64,000 nucleotides of DNA from Bugula neritina (lineage: Eukaryota; Animalia; Bryozoa): assembly GCA_964035545.1 (NCBI GenBank), contig OZ037768.1, positions 16,599,875 through 16,663,874 on the forward strand. The letters run 5' to 3'. Both the position numbers and the translations under genes were made by a program. Shown one piece after another: positions 27,461 to 42,536 of the stretch. Numbering within the stretch: position 1 is the stretch's first letter; each line of letters opens with the position of its first letter. The notes under the pieces were generated by a model, which was not told the DNA's origin, did not search any database, and worked only from the letters and a program-made list of their open reading frames with translations.

Positions 27461-28499
27461 TTACGCATAAGATAATGCTCAAATTATATGTTTAAATAAC
27501 TTACATTCATATGCAAGTTTTATATACATCCCTAGACTTCAAAGAAGTGGCGTGTTTGCAGCTTGTTTTAGCTTTTAAAAGATAATTGCTAGTATATATC
27601 ATCATTATTATTTATATTCTCACTAACTCTATACTATACTTACTGAGTATTACTAATACAGTAAGCTGACAAGCCAGGTTTCAGTTCAGAAGTCAGAAAT
27701 TATCCAATCCCAACCTACTAAATATGTTTTATATCTTGCATATGCATGTATAATCATTTATATTTCAATAAAAGCAATGTAAAATACGGAAGATATGCAC
27801 TAACAGAGTTGATAGCAGTTTGATCCTTAATCTACAGTTTTTGATATAAGCAACTTAATCTTATGAAAAATAGATATGAAAATTGGTTTTATATTGAGCT
27901 AAACTACCACTGTATTTAAGTACTAAAAATTGCACATTTCAATAGCTTAATTTTTAAATGTTTGCTAGCTTTGGTTAATTTGGTAAAAGAATAGTATACC
28001 TATTATGATATCAACATCATCAAATGAAATAAATATGATTTAGCTGCATTTTAGAAAGCAAATATATCACAATGTGTATTCAGTCAAATACATTCAAGTT
28101 CCCTCAATGATATAATGTATACCTAATATCATGACTATATCCATGGTTACCAGCAGCAGAGTGTTTTGTATGTTGTATAAAGCAGCAAATAGATTATCAA
28201 TTTTCCTTTTTTGTGAAGTTGTTGGCATCAATCAACCCTCATCAAGGCAAGATGTGCATCACAGGACAAACAGAAGTAGAACACTTCAATGAGTCATGTC
28301 AGTTAGAGAACACAGGCCACGCTCATTATCTGAGTGAGTATATAAGTGTTTTGACAGAAATAATAAATTCTCGGACTATAAAGTTTCTAACTTTACTACT
28401 TGGGTAATGTTGTCACAGATAATAAATACACTCTAGTAATATTACTTCTCTAACTTTATTAAATGTTTGCACTTCAAAAAGTAACTGTTAATGATGACG

Positions 28500-29682
<1,183 letters not shown>

Positions 29683-29906
29683 GTATTGACTGCTTAACAC
29701 AAAACAATATTCATTATGAATTATATGGAACAATCTTCTAATTTTCACTGACCTTTTTGTAAGACAAAAGGACAGTATATAATACATTAACAATACACCT
29801 TATCCTTGAGGAACACTCATTAATGGAATGTTTGTTCAAACAATTAGAAGTATCAGGAATGCAAAATAAATAATTTACTGCAAATCAAAGAATTTTATTT
29901 ACGGGC

Positions 29907-30192
<286 letters not shown>

Positions 30193-30401
30193 GATCAAAT
30201 AATCTATTTTAGCATTTTGGCAATTGATTTCAAAGCAAATGTTTATTGCAATGAAAGTAATATGAAGCAATTTGGTTATAACATACGTTTTGAAGTTCAA
30301 TTCCAAGAAATGTTTTTTTAAAGATTATTTTATACAGTGTTGCATAATATTACACATTGTAGTGCAATTGATTTTATTTTAATAATAATATACATAATTT
30401 A

Positions 30402-30778
30402 TGTGGTCAAAAAGTCAGGAAAGATCTCCAATCCTCCGGAATACGCATTCCGGAGTTATCTTCTTTTACCTTTATTTTAATTTTTATCGTTTTGCAAAAA
30501 TGTTGATACTGGAAATTTGTTGTCCGAAATTTGGGGTTTCCGAACTTCGGTCTTTTCGAAGTTCAGAACCGCCGATCTTTGGACAACAAAGGATCTTTTG
30601 TGTGTGTCTTTTGATCTGCATGTATAAAAGCAGGCGAGTTCCAGTAGAGATTCAGTCTAGCACTGGAGCTCGCTTGCGAAGACCCGTTTTTTACGCTACT
30701 ATATAAAGACTGATTCTACCTACTACTTCAACACTCCTTGTTTTTGCACTAAGTTACATTCGACCCACAAGTTTATCA
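30402..30778 (+). repeat. Putative 5' LTR of the Gypsy element
   Basis: Starts TGTGGTC, contains TATAAAA at ~30623; ends either GACCCACA (30769) or TATCA (30778), just before the PBS. Boundaries unconfirmed because there is no second LTR. Confidence 0.6.
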
Positions 30779-30781
30779 CTC

Positions 30782-30799
30782 TGGTGGCAGCGGTGGGAT
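30782..30799 (+). promoter_or_regulatory. Primer-binding site complementary to the tRNA-Leu 3' end
   Basis: TGGTGGCAGCGGTGGGAT is the reverse complement of ATCCCACCGCTGCCACCA, the 3' end of metazoan tRNA-Leu(AAG/TAG). Confidence 0.8.
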
Positions 30800-33700
30800 C
30801 TCGAATAACTAAATGCTAAGGAGAACAGGATGGCTCCAGGGGAGGAGGAGAGGACGACTTCTGGAGCATTGGAGACACCAACCCTCACTGTTGAGGCTTT
30901 GGTTACAGCCTTCCAGACATTGCAGGGGAGGAGTCAGGCGCCACCTGGTGACAGGTACCACCTCAAGCCCCGATTTTTGGAGGTGAAGGGGATATCGAGC
31001 AGTTCATCTTTGAGTTTGAAGATGTGGCCACCATTGCTGAATGGCCAGCCCAGGTGCGCATCCTGCAACTCCAGGCCTGTTTGACAGGCCGGGCCAAGAG
31101 TTTTGCTCTAGAACCTGATGAGGCTCACATCCTGCGAGCCCTCAGGACCCGGTTTGGCCTGATGTCTGAAGAGGCTTCGGATCGCCTACAGGCCATGAGA
31201 AGGAACCGAAGTACGTCGCTAGAGTATCACGTGAATGCGGTAGAATGCATAGCTCAGGCTGCTTTCAGCCATGCCATGGGCACAGAGAGGAAACGCCTGG
31301 TATACAACGCGTTTTTCCGGAGTATCAACGATCCTGTTCTGCAACGCTACTGGCTGGCCGCGAAGGTCAGCAGTTTGGAAGAAGCCTATTTTCAGGTAGA
31401 ATGGCTTTAAGTGGCGGGCTTCTTCGTCCACCAGGTGGCCGAAGAGAACAAAAAGGCCGCCACGCCTTCTACTCCACGAGTGTGAGCAGCAACAACCTAG
31501 TTACCAAGCAAGTGCAGCTCACTACGTTGATAGACATGGTAAAGGGTTTGCAGGCTACGGTGACTAAGTTGCAACTATACCAGGCGGATAGGCGGACTCC
31601 CCGATAGAGGGACGACCCTGTCCGTTCCTCCCTGCCCACCTGCTGGAGGTGTGGCACACTGGGGCATGTAAAGAAGGCACTGCCCAAAAGGCCACTGGTC
31701 TTTAAACAGCCGAGGCTCACGATAACTTCCGCCGACCGTGGGCCCCAAGCCAACCCCATTCGGGAGAGGGGTCGGAAGATGACTGAGAGGACCTCTACCG
31801 AACCTGCCGATACCGAGTGGCAGGCACCTCAGAAATTTCGGAGACCAAAAGGTCTACTTGATCCTCCAGCCATGCCAGTCAAAGCCCGGATGGAGTCAGA
31901 AGACAAAGAATGGCAGGCACTTCGGAGATCTCAGAGATTGCAAGGTCTACCCGATCCTCCTGCCTGGCTACTCCGTAACCGGTTCGCTGGGTTGCCCGAG
32001 GAGGTTGTGGAAGACGATTCAGCTTACTCACAAGAGTACCCAAGCCCCCCTCCCAACCTCAGAAAACCCCCATTGTCTCTAAGACAAAGAGGAGGCTCGC
32101 TGTGCAAACTCAAGTTGTGTCTCCCCCAGAGACTAATCGCTCTAGGAGCACCCAACCTTACGGAAGCAGCTACTTCCTGCCTGGAAAAAACTTTGGGTAA
32201 AGCTGCCACATTTTTACTGGACACTGGGTGCACTACAAACCTGCTGAGTAGGCGTCTCTTTGATGCCTTTGGCGCCCGAGAGCCGGCGAGCCTCGAGTCG
32301 TACGAAGGTGCGCATGGTATGGCGGACGAATCATGCATTCCTTTTTACGGCGTCATCACGTTACCTGAACGCGTCCGTGATCAGGTGATTCACGAGACGT
32401 TTATAATCAGCAAGCTGAAGGAGGACACCATCCTGGAGATGCCATTCCTGGAGAAACACCAGTGTCATGAATTTCCAGAAGTCGGCGGTGGTGATGGCTG
32501 GGAAGGAACTGGTCTGTGTTGACAAGTTCGGCCCGCCCTTGGTGGGCAGAGTCCAGATAGTGCGGGACTGCATGGTTCCAGGAAGATCCCAGGCGACTCT
32601 CCGCTGCAGAGTCAACTGTAGGGAGATCGCCGGCCTGGGAGTGATAGAAGAAACGCACGGAGCAATCCGACTGGTAAACACCCTGAATTGGCTAGACTCT
32701 CCGAGAGAACTCCTCGTACAGTGTATCAAGCCTTTCACAGAACCTGTCCGATTATCGGCCGGAGAGCTGGTGGGGAAGTACCACTTCATCCAGGAGGCGA
32801 ATGTGGGTCCAGCAGTGGAAACAGTAACCGACACACAGGGAAACCCCCCATGCACCAGTCAAGGAGCAGTCCCGAAGCATATGGCTGACCTATAAAGTGG
32901 AGCGTGTGGTAACTGTACAAGTAGTACTGAGCGCCAAGTACTGGCTCAACTACTTACGGAGTACAGTTATGTCTTTCGCCGTAGTAATGGAGCCATGTGG
33001 CTGACCAGGATTATCTCCCACGAGATACCCCTGGCAGCTAGCACTACCCCTATCAGGCAGCCAACCCAATGTCTAGGCCCAAAAAAGGAGAATGAGGTTA
33101 GCGGGCAAGTGCAGGATCTTCTCAACCGGGATTTGATTGAGCCTGCCCACGGTGCGTGGAGCTCTCCAGTAGTCCTGGTCAAGAAGAAGGATAGTAGCTG
33201 GAGGTTCTGTGTGGACTACAGCAGACTCAACAGTGTCACCATCCAAGATGCCTACCCTCTCCCACAGATAGATGAGTCTTTGGATGCTCTCACGGGCAAC
33301 ACGTACTTTAGTACTTTGGTTCTGCTTAGTGGGTACTGGCAAGTACCCCTTAGTCTTGATGCCCAGGACAAAGCAGCATTCATTACTCGCAACGTGCTCT
33401 AGAAGTGGAAAGTACTGCCATTTAGACTTACGTCTGCTCTGGCAACTTTCCAACAACTCATGGAGCAGGACCTCAGTGGGCTACACTGGATGACCCTTCT
33501 AATTTATCTGGACGATGTCATTGTTATCTCCCCAGACTTTTCAACTCATGTCAGTCGTCTGCGGGAGATATTTGACCGTCTCCGGGCAGCTGGACTGAAG
33601 TTGAACCTTTTCAAATGTGCGCCCCTGCAGCCGGAGGTCTTGTACCTGGGCCATGTGGTTGGCCGTGATGGGGTCACTACCGACCCGAAAAAGGTACAGG

Positions 33701-36323
33701 CTGCGAAGGAGTGGGTTGTCCCTCGCGACCTCTCTGAGTTACGAGTATTCTTGGGCTTAGTAGAATACTATCGGCAGTATATACCTGGCTTTGCAGGGGT
33801 GGCTCAGCCGATAAATCGGGTTGGCCACAGGAGGAGCAGCAGACATTCGACCACCTCAAGCAACAGCTAATGGAGGCGCCAATCCTGATTTAGCCAAGTG
33901 TGGGAGCTGTTCTGTCCCAAGTCCAGGGTGGAAGTGAGGTGGTTGTGGCTTATTATAGCAAGATTATCGCGGCCGCCGAGAAGAACTACTACACCACTAG
34001 GAAGGAGCTCCAGGCACGAGTCAAGGCGGTCAAGCACTTTTGGCCATATCTGCATGGGAGAACGTTCCTATTGCGAACAGACCATGCATCACTGCTATGG
34101 CTGTGTAAATGTGCAAAGCCTTCGAGCCAGGTAGCTCGTTAGCTAGATATTTTTGCTAAGTTCTCTCACCGGATAGAGCACCATGCTGGCCGGAAGCATG
34201 AGAAGGCTGACGGCATGAGTCGTCGGCTGGTAGAGGACTGAAGCAATGCCTGCACATCGAGAAGCGGAACGGGGGACTCACTAATCTAAGGGAGGGCACC
34301 GTCTATCGGTGAGAGCATGGCCACCTTTGGACCGAAACCCACTCAGACGATGTCCAGGCACTTCGGGCCAACCCCACTCTATATCAAAATGTCAAGGAGC
34401 TGTGCCGACTCTAGGAGGCGCTACCCGGCACTGTAGCGGACATATTCCGGGCCAAGAAAGAGGGCCGACGACCTAGCGAGAATCAGCAGTGGCAGAGAGA
34501 CGTTGAGTTCCAACTCCTCTGTCGTCGTTGGGATTTCCTAAAGGTTAGTCCTGATGGCCTCCTGATGATAACGCTAGCAGCAGACAACCGTCAGCAGGAG
34601 AAAGACCGCGTCATCTGTTCACGCGCCCTCCAACGAGAACTGATTTGGGACACCCATAATCAGGTTCATGCTAAAGCTAGTCAGGTCATCAGGTGTCTGC
34701 AGCTGCGTTGGTACTGGCCCGGAATGACTCAGGATGTACGACTGCCAGTAGGGCAGTGCAAGGTCTGCCAAGCTACTAAGCATGGCTGCCCAACGGAAAT
34801 CACTGGTCGGCGCCGGCTATACGCTGGTCGACCGTGGCAAGCAGTGGCGGTAGACCTCGTTGGACCTATGCCGTTATCCACCAGAGGGAACACCTGGATA
34901 CTAGTGCTCAAGGACCACTATACCCGGTGGGCAAATGCCCCGGCTGTTCTAGATGCATCGGCCCCCACAGTGGCCCAGGCCCTGAACCAAAATGTATTCT
35001 GCTACATAGGGTTACCGGAACAGATACATACGGACCAGGGTGCCCAGTTTCAATTCCAGCTCATGGGGTACCTCTGCCGGATATGGAGGTGAACCAAAGT
35101 CAGACCACCCCATATCACATACAAGAGAACGGAGTCGTCGAGCAGAGTAACCGGATGTTGGGTGATGCCCTCAGAAGCCTGCTCCTCGATTTAGGTCAGG
35201 AAAAATGAGACGTGGTGCTACCACAAATCATGCGGGCCCATCACAGCACACCACACTCCACTACACAGGAGACCCCAAACTTCTTGATGTTAGGCCGGGA
35301 GATGCGAGTTCCGGAACACCTGACATACCATGTTCCAGCCCCCGAGTCTCCAGTACATGAGTACGTGGGGAGACTAATAAAGATTATGGGCAAGGCTCAT
35401 GATGCACTGCGGGCCCAGCAGTGGCAGATTTGCACAGAAAACTCATAAGGGCTCCCCTTGTACTAGGTTGGAGACTGGGTGTGGCTAGTGAGCTATCATA
35501 GGCGGCGCGGACAGTCGGCTAAACCTCAGCTTAAGTTCGTGGGTTTCTACTGCATGGTGGAAGTGCTGCCCAACCACACATATTGTGTGGAGCGTTCTGG
35601 ACAGACTTTGGTTCAGAGCGAGCAGCGCTTAAAGCCATACCATATTAGCCCCAATGCGGTAAGCCAGGCTCCACCCCTCCTGGAGCTCAACCGCCAACCC
35701 AATCATCGGGGGAGAGTAACCCAACTCAGAGAAGTAGAAATATTTGTCTGTAGGAGGCCAGAGCAAGAACAGACTTCTCTGCTAGAGCAGCTGGAACAGC
35801 AGCAGCGAAAAGAGCGGCAGCAGCAACAGACACTAGGGCCAGCACTCCTCTGGGGGAGGACACCCTCACCCGTGTTATGGGTGAAGGCAAGGACCCCCCT
35901 ACCCTGACGGCCGAAGAATCACCAGCAACAGTACTACCAGAGTCAAACCCTCTAGAGAAGCCAGAGAGACAGGAGATCCCTCATATATCTGACAGATTAT
36001 CACGACGGGCACCTAGGGTTACCTCCCGAAGTGGTAATTCATCCAACATGCATAACTATTCTCACTTGGTTGGTAAATTCCTCTAATACCCCGGAAATTT
36101 CCAACAAGCAAAAGAATTTTTAAACCAAATTTCGGAGGGCACGCGATCGTCTGAGTTGTCTCTTCGAAACTTGATGGAAATTTCAGACGATCATGTGATC
36201 GAAGACTCGGCAGGTAGGAGTTTTGAAACACGAGGCTCGGCCATTTTTACTACTGAGGACGCGCGAGTCACACGCAATTTTAAATCTCCAAATTATACTA
36301 AAATTAAAAATAAAATTATCAAA

Positions 36324-37552
36324 ATGGGTATCACTCTTCCTGAGGAGACCACCACACAATCAGGTGTTTCTTTAGAGTCAGATCCTCCGCTATGGGAGTC
36401 TAACCCAACTACTATTAACTGGGCAACACTAGATTCTTTTGAATCTACCTTATTAGAGGAAGATATTGATGTGGGTCTAGGAGATGACTCTCTCCACGAC
36501 TTCTTGCTAGACCAAGACGTGGGGTCAGTCACTCTCTGCAACTCACCTCAACTTCCAATCTTTCATAAAGTGCCATACAAGCAACTGCCAAATTTTGGCG
36601 ATAGCGAGACCGGCCTTACACGGCCTCTGCTACCTGTTTTAGGCACTGACATGGAATGCGATGAGGCGAGTGAGAGTCATGTTGACACCTCCCTCAACCA
36701 GTTTCTGTGACGGCTCTCAGCAGCTCACAGGACGCTACTCACTCTACAGAGGTGCTATCCACCAGCATTAGTAGCTCTGTTGCCAACCCTGTGGAGCTTC
36801 AGCTAGCCGCGAGGGAGGAGCAGCACATACTACTCAGTGAGCCCTCCACTGCTCTGGATGATGAAGAAAACCCTCTGAGACTGGCTCTATCTCAGGCACG
36901 GGTAAATCGCCAGTATTGGGTGTCTCAGGACACCAATCTTAAGATTGGTGAGACATGCGAAGGGTCGGGCAACCGCATCTGCCGCCAGTGTATGAGGAAG
37001 TTCTCCTCTACTCGGCGGCTGCGGGTTCACGCCTCTCAGCACTATGTGAATGTATTCTGCCTGTGTGGCAAATACTCTTATCAGCGCGATTATGTGCTGA
37101 GACATCAGCACATATAGCGCTGCCACATGGGCTATACCTTTGTGGTGGACCAGGTCACTTTCCTGAAGCTATGGGACTTTATCTTGCCGCACGTTGCGGA
37201 CCCCCACAAGCGCGCCACCCTCGGCCAGGGGTTCCCAGCATGCCGTCCGGTACAGGAAGAAGATAGAGAGCTCGCCGCCGCCCTCCAACCAACAGCCACC
37301 CAGCCTCTTCGAGTTGTGCTGGCAAGGGTCGGTGACGGTGCCAGGGCCGGTGCTCTGGACCTGGGCCCCCGACCCTCGGCCGCGGGCAGACAACGAGGAC
37401 TAGAGCGTAGCGCTCCCCACTCACAGCCTCAACCCCGGCTAGAGGAAGAAGTGCGTCACTTGCGACTTCAGCTGCGGCGGTGTGAGGAGGACTTGACGCA
37501 ATTAGGGAGGCTTATCTACTGCCTGGATCGACACCGAGACAACACCCAGTAA
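36324..37552 (+). pseudogene. Extra 3' ORF of the Gypsy element: acidic region + C2H2 finger + atypical second finger + coiled coil
   Basis: Three ORF pieces joined by one frameshift (~36685-36707) and one in-frame TAG (37115-37117). CRQCMRKFSSTRRLRVHASQH, FCLCGKYSYQRDYVLRHQHI*RCH, LEEEVRHLRLQLRRCEEDLTQL. Confidence 0.75.
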
Positions 37553-37713
37553 AGGCAGTTTCTCACATGGCAATGTTGGTGGGGCTGTTTGTAATATGTA
37601 AAGCTGTATTATGCAGACATTATATGCATATATTTATAAACAGTCATAATTGTTAGCCTATCCTTACTGTCAGTTTTTACCTACAAAAGCTGATATTAGC
37701 TTCACTGTTCATC

Positions 37714-38494
37714 AGTAGAGAAGAGAATACAGATAGCAACATATCATCTACTCATACTCCAATTTCTTCCACCTCAGGAAAGTTGATTAGACGTAGGAGG
37801 AGATGTAAATAGTATGTCAAACACATGCACAGCCTCTGTTATAGTTTCTGAAACTTGTTAAGATTGTTAACTACTAAATATAGTCAGCTCGTTTGAAAGA
37901 CAACTCCAATTTCCTTACATGCAATTATCTATCTCTCATAAATAATTAATACCAACAAATTGTTATTATGTGCAACTATGTGTCATTAAATCACCTTTAA
38001 GACTATATTTTTGTTTTTTGTTGTGTTATTAGGAAGTCTCAGAACAAAATATATCTAAGACATGAAAACTTGGTATTCAGAGATGATTGGAAGAGAACTT
38101 AAAGAGAGCAGTGACTGTGAATCTGTGGGCTCAGCTATGCCAGTCTCTCCTTTTGTGTTAAACATAAAAGTCTCAGATGATGAAAAATATGGTTGAATAA
38201 AATCAAGATTGACCAGTTTTATCAAAAGTATTTTATACAAGTTCCTCGATATAACAAAATCCAACTTTTTGGTGGTCTTTCATGCAAGTGGGTGCACTTT
38301 ATGTATTTTTAGCTGCAGAAATGTTAGGAAAAAAGCGTGAAGAAAGCAGTGACTATGAATCTCAAAGCTCAACTATGCCAGTCTCTCATTTTGTGTCAAA
38401 CATAGAAGTCTCAGATGATGAAAAATATGGTTGTATAAAACCAAGATTAACCGGTTTTACCAGACATAACTTAGATCAGCTTTCTTTGGTATAA
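37714..38494 (+). pseudogene. Companion acidic exon family, inverted copy (5'-truncated first exon plus two SSDCES units)
   Basis: Acceptor ttattag|GAAGTCTCAGAAC at ~38031; frameshift and TGA in unit 1; ORF 38282..38494. Confidence 0.65.
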
Positions 38495-38817
38495 CAAAGC
38501 CTATCTCTTTGTAGTGTTTTAAGTGGATACACTTCATGAACTTCAGCTGAAAAGAAAGAACGCTGAATTATTCTACCTGGTTACCATAAGAAATAATTTG
38601 GCAAAAAAGAGAAAGAAGGCAACCAAAACAGACAAATACAGTCACGGCTGAAAAGCAGTGAATTGACATTTTGATCTTCATTCTAGCTAACTAATAAACT
38701 AAGTATTCCAAATGTTAAAGATGAGTTTTCTTCAGACTATTAATATTTATAGAAAATGTTTACTACAGTTAACATGATTTGTATATTTTATATGTCTTGC
38801 TAACTTGACTCAGCAAT

Positions 38818-41800
38818 GGGTCATTCCGCGTCAACTCAACCAATGGCCCACGCCTTTGCGTCTCAGATTTTGTTCATATTTACACCAAATGGACCTACAC
38901 ATGTCTTGAGTGCTATTCTTGAGTATTTCTGGTCTGACACAAAAACCTTTTGAGAAATGAATATTTCCATGAACAAAGGTTGGGAAAAATTTTGGGGAAA
39001 ATTTGCGATTTTTACTTTTAGACCAATTTGTAAACGTCCATATCTCCATTATTTTTCCAGACTGAGCCTTAAAATTTGGTGTGTGATTTGATAACACTTA
39101 TCAATTTGCACTAGTAGTAACACATACTGCAGAATACTTTGTGTGCATATATGCTAAGCCATTGAATATTGGAAAATTTTTATGAATTTTGAAAAATTTC
39201 GAATATTTGCCACATCACAAAAGGCGTTAATTTTTATTTTACTTCCATAAATTTTTATCCATAAATAGTTTATTATGGTTACTTTATACTCCTTAATTTG
39301 TGTAATTTTGAAAATAATATTTTCTGAGATATAGACACCCAAAGTGAAGAAAATGTGAAAATTCGCCTAACTTCACAAGGATGTAACCCGATGTTTGAAT
39401 ACAGTAAAATCTTTCAAACAAGCATTTTCTGTAACATCATTTAGTGTATTTTGTAGATTCATAAATTTCGACGTCCTTATATTGTCCAAACTTGAAGTAA
39501 ATTGCACGGAAAAATGGTATGCGTACGAAAATCGGCAAAATGCAATTTTTCAATATAATATGTTGGGATCATACATTTTTTATTATTCATATTGTTCAAA
39601 ATATCAAGTAGATACATATATGTTTCCTATATATGTCAAATCTACTGAAGATTACGATAAAATCTGATTTGTGTGTAATATCGTAAGAAAAATTCTGCCG
39701 ATCGGCATTATATGATATTCCCATTAGGTTTCAGGTAGCAATTGTTATTTCTGTGAGTGAATGGTGTGAAACAGCTGAAATCTTGCTGAAATCAAGTACA
39801 TTAAGTAGCTGAGACAAGGGTAGCTTCAAAAAACATACCCAAATATAACACCATGGCCCTGAACACAATAGGCCTAATTAATTCGGCGACAGTGGTGTTT
39901 AATACATGCCGGAAATAATTGTGGCTTTTGAAACAGATGTGCCGAAATATAGCAGATTGGTCCGCACCCTAATCAGGTTAATAATTTGCCCAGGCTAAGA
40001 ATAATATTCATCATCCTAAAAAAATCTACAACTTTTTCTTTTAAATGTGGAGAGAATGGTCTTCCAACTTTACCATCTGGTTCAAACAGAATTCCCTTTG
40101 CAGTTTTCTGGCTTGCTGGGCCAGGTAATTGTTTGCTCCAGATTCTATGGCTGTTCTATCGATGGTCCAGCTTTTCGTGCTAATGTCAATAACTGGACCC
40201 TCTCTAGTCACAAGAAAACTTTCGCGTCCTTATTCAAGGATCAAGGATCATCAATTTGTTCAAATCTTTATGATTATTACGCTTCATATAGACATTTGTT
40301 GCTTCTGGGTGGAGTTCTTCTTCATCTATGACAAAGACTGTTTCTACCTTTTCAGTAATGACCTCCTGCAATTTCTTTCGTTTTTTTCCTATAGTTCACT
40401 CTACTGGATGGGCTAATTTTTGCAACTTTCAAGGGAGAAGCTCCCAATTCTGTCATTCTAGTGTTTAGTGTCTGCGCCTCCTTCTCAACTTCAAGAAATG
40501 CATCACTTTCAGTTTCCTGAGAGTATTCTGAGAGCTCATCTTTTTTTAAAGCAATTAATATTGCACAGTTCCTCTCAGTTTCTACAGTTCAATGGAGTAG
40601 AATTATACCAGGAGAGCCCTAAAAATTAGCCCTTCCAGTAAAGTGAACTATGGGGAAAAAAACAGAATCGAGTGGGGGAGGTCATTGCTAAGAAGGTTGC
40701 CACAGTTGCAAGTATAGAGGGAGAGGAACTCCACCCAGAATCAACAAATGCCTATATAAAGCCTAATAATTATAAAGATTTGAACATATTAATATGTCCC
40801 TTGAATAAGGTAAAAGTTTCTTTGGGACAAAAGAAGGTCCAGTTATTGACATTGGCACCAGAAAGCTGGACCATTGATAAGACATCTATAGAATTTGGAG
40901 TAAACAATTATCGTTGTGTTTTAAGTTAGAGAAATAAATATTTATTATGGTAACAGACTGAAGAAATAGCACCGTAAAAAAAGGTTATTTCATGAGTTAC
41001 AAGTTGCCAGTACAAGTGTGAAATGCAAGTCTGGATAAGAGAAAAACTGCTGGGTCTTTATAGTCGTAAAAAGTTAGCTTTTGTGTATTAGCTATAATGA
41101 AAATGGAAAAGCATAATATAGCTGAGATGACATGTGAAAAGCTATCATGTATTAGAAAAAAGCTTTCCCAGCTTATGTATAAACCCAACAATTACCTTGC
41201 ACAGCAAGCCAAAAGACTGCAAAAGGAGTTCTGTCTGAACCAGATACTAAAGTCGGAAGACCATTGCTTCCAGTTATGAAAAAGAGAGTTGTAAATTTTT
41301 TCAGGATGATGAACATTGGACATGGCATGACGCCAATTACTTGATTTTTTAACCAGTACTGACCAAATTAGGGCGAAGTTAGGGCCATTTTGCTATATTT
41401 CGGCACATCTGTTTCAAAAGCCACAATTATTTCCGGCATGTATTAAACACCACTGTCGTCGAATTAATTAGGCCTATTGTGTTCAGGGCCATGGTGTTAT
41501 ATTTGGGTATGTTTTTTGAAGCTACCCTTGCCTCAGCTACTTAATGTACTTGATTCCAGCAAGATTTCAGCTGTTTCACACCATTCACTCACAGAAATAA
41601 CAATTGCTACCTGAAACCTAATAGGAATATCATATAATGCCGATCGGCAGAATTTTTCTTACGATATTACACACAAATCAGATTTTATCGTAATCTTCAG
41701 TAGATTTGACATATATAGGAAACATATATGTATCTACTTGATATTTTGAACAATATTAATAATAAAAAATGTATGATCCCAACATATTATATTGAAAAAT

Positions 41801-42536
41801 TGCATTTTGCCGATTTTCGTACGCATACCATTTTTCCGTGCGATTTACTTCAAGTTTGGACAATATAAGGACGTCGAAATTTATGAATCTACAAAATACA
41901 CTAAATGACGTTACAGAAAATGCTTGTTTGAAAGATTTTACTGTATTCAAACATCGGGTTACATCCTTGTGAAGTTAGGCGAATTTTCACATTTTCTTCA
42001 CTTTAGGTGTCTATATCTCGGAAAATATTATTTTCAAAATTACACAAATTAAGGAGTATAAAGTAACCATAATAAACTATTTATGGATAAAAATTTATGG
42101 AAGTAAAATAAAAATTAACGCCTTTTGTGATGTGGCAAATATTCGAAATTTTTCAAAATTCATAAAAATTTGCCAATATTCAATGGCTTAGCATATATGC
42201 ACACAAAGTATTATGCAGTATGTGTTATTACTAGTGCAAATTGATAGGTGTTATCAAATCGCACACCAAATTTTAAGGCTCAGTCTGGAAAAATAATGGA
42301 GATATGGACGTTTACAAATTGGTCTAAAAGTAAAAATCGCAAATTTTCCTCAAAATTTTTCCCAACCTTTGTTCATGGAAATATTCATTTCTCAAAAAGT
42401 TTTTGTGTCAGGCCAGAAATATTCAAGAATAGCACTCAAGACATGTGTAGGTCCATTTGGTGTAAATATGAACAAAATCTGAGACGCAAAGGCGTGGGAC
42501 TTTCTGAAATTTGGTTGATTTGACACGGAATGACCC
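38818..42536. mobile_element. Non-autonomous DNA transposon, Sola2-like, ~1.14-kb TIRs, 4-bp TSD CAAT
   Basis: GGGTCATTCC...GGAATGACCC termini; CAAT at 38814-38817 and 42537-42540; the empty site in paralogs reads CAGCAATGTT. Arms 38818-~39954 and ~41391-42536 are near-identical inverted copies. Internal fragments KVQLLTLAPESWTIDKTSIEFGV and YLAQQAKRLQKE resemble Sola2 transposase. Confidence 0.85.

Larger units (their letters stand above)
30402..37560 (+). mobile_element. Ty3/Gypsy LTR retrotransposon, decayed, 3' LTR not found
   Basis: GC-rich island. Order gag (knuckle CWRCGTLGH ~31640), protease (FLLDTGC ~32215), RT (WSSPVVLVKKKDSSWRFCVDY, YLDDV), RNase H (GAVLSQ, RTDHASL), integrase (H-H-CKVC, AVDLVGP, HTDQGAQF, NGVVE). 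Many stops and frameshifts. Confidence 0.95.

Noticed and set aside
28213-28407. Exon-like ORF LASINPHQGKMCITGQTEVEHF...
   Set aside because: No partner exons and no recognisable family.
36324-37552. env gene of an errantivirus-like element
   Set aside because: No signal peptide, fusion peptide or transmembrane anchor; zinc fingers instead.
38831-42523. Paired ORFs (38831/42248, 39395/41756) as duplicated genes
   Set aside because: Mirror translations of the transposon TIRs with no protein motifs.
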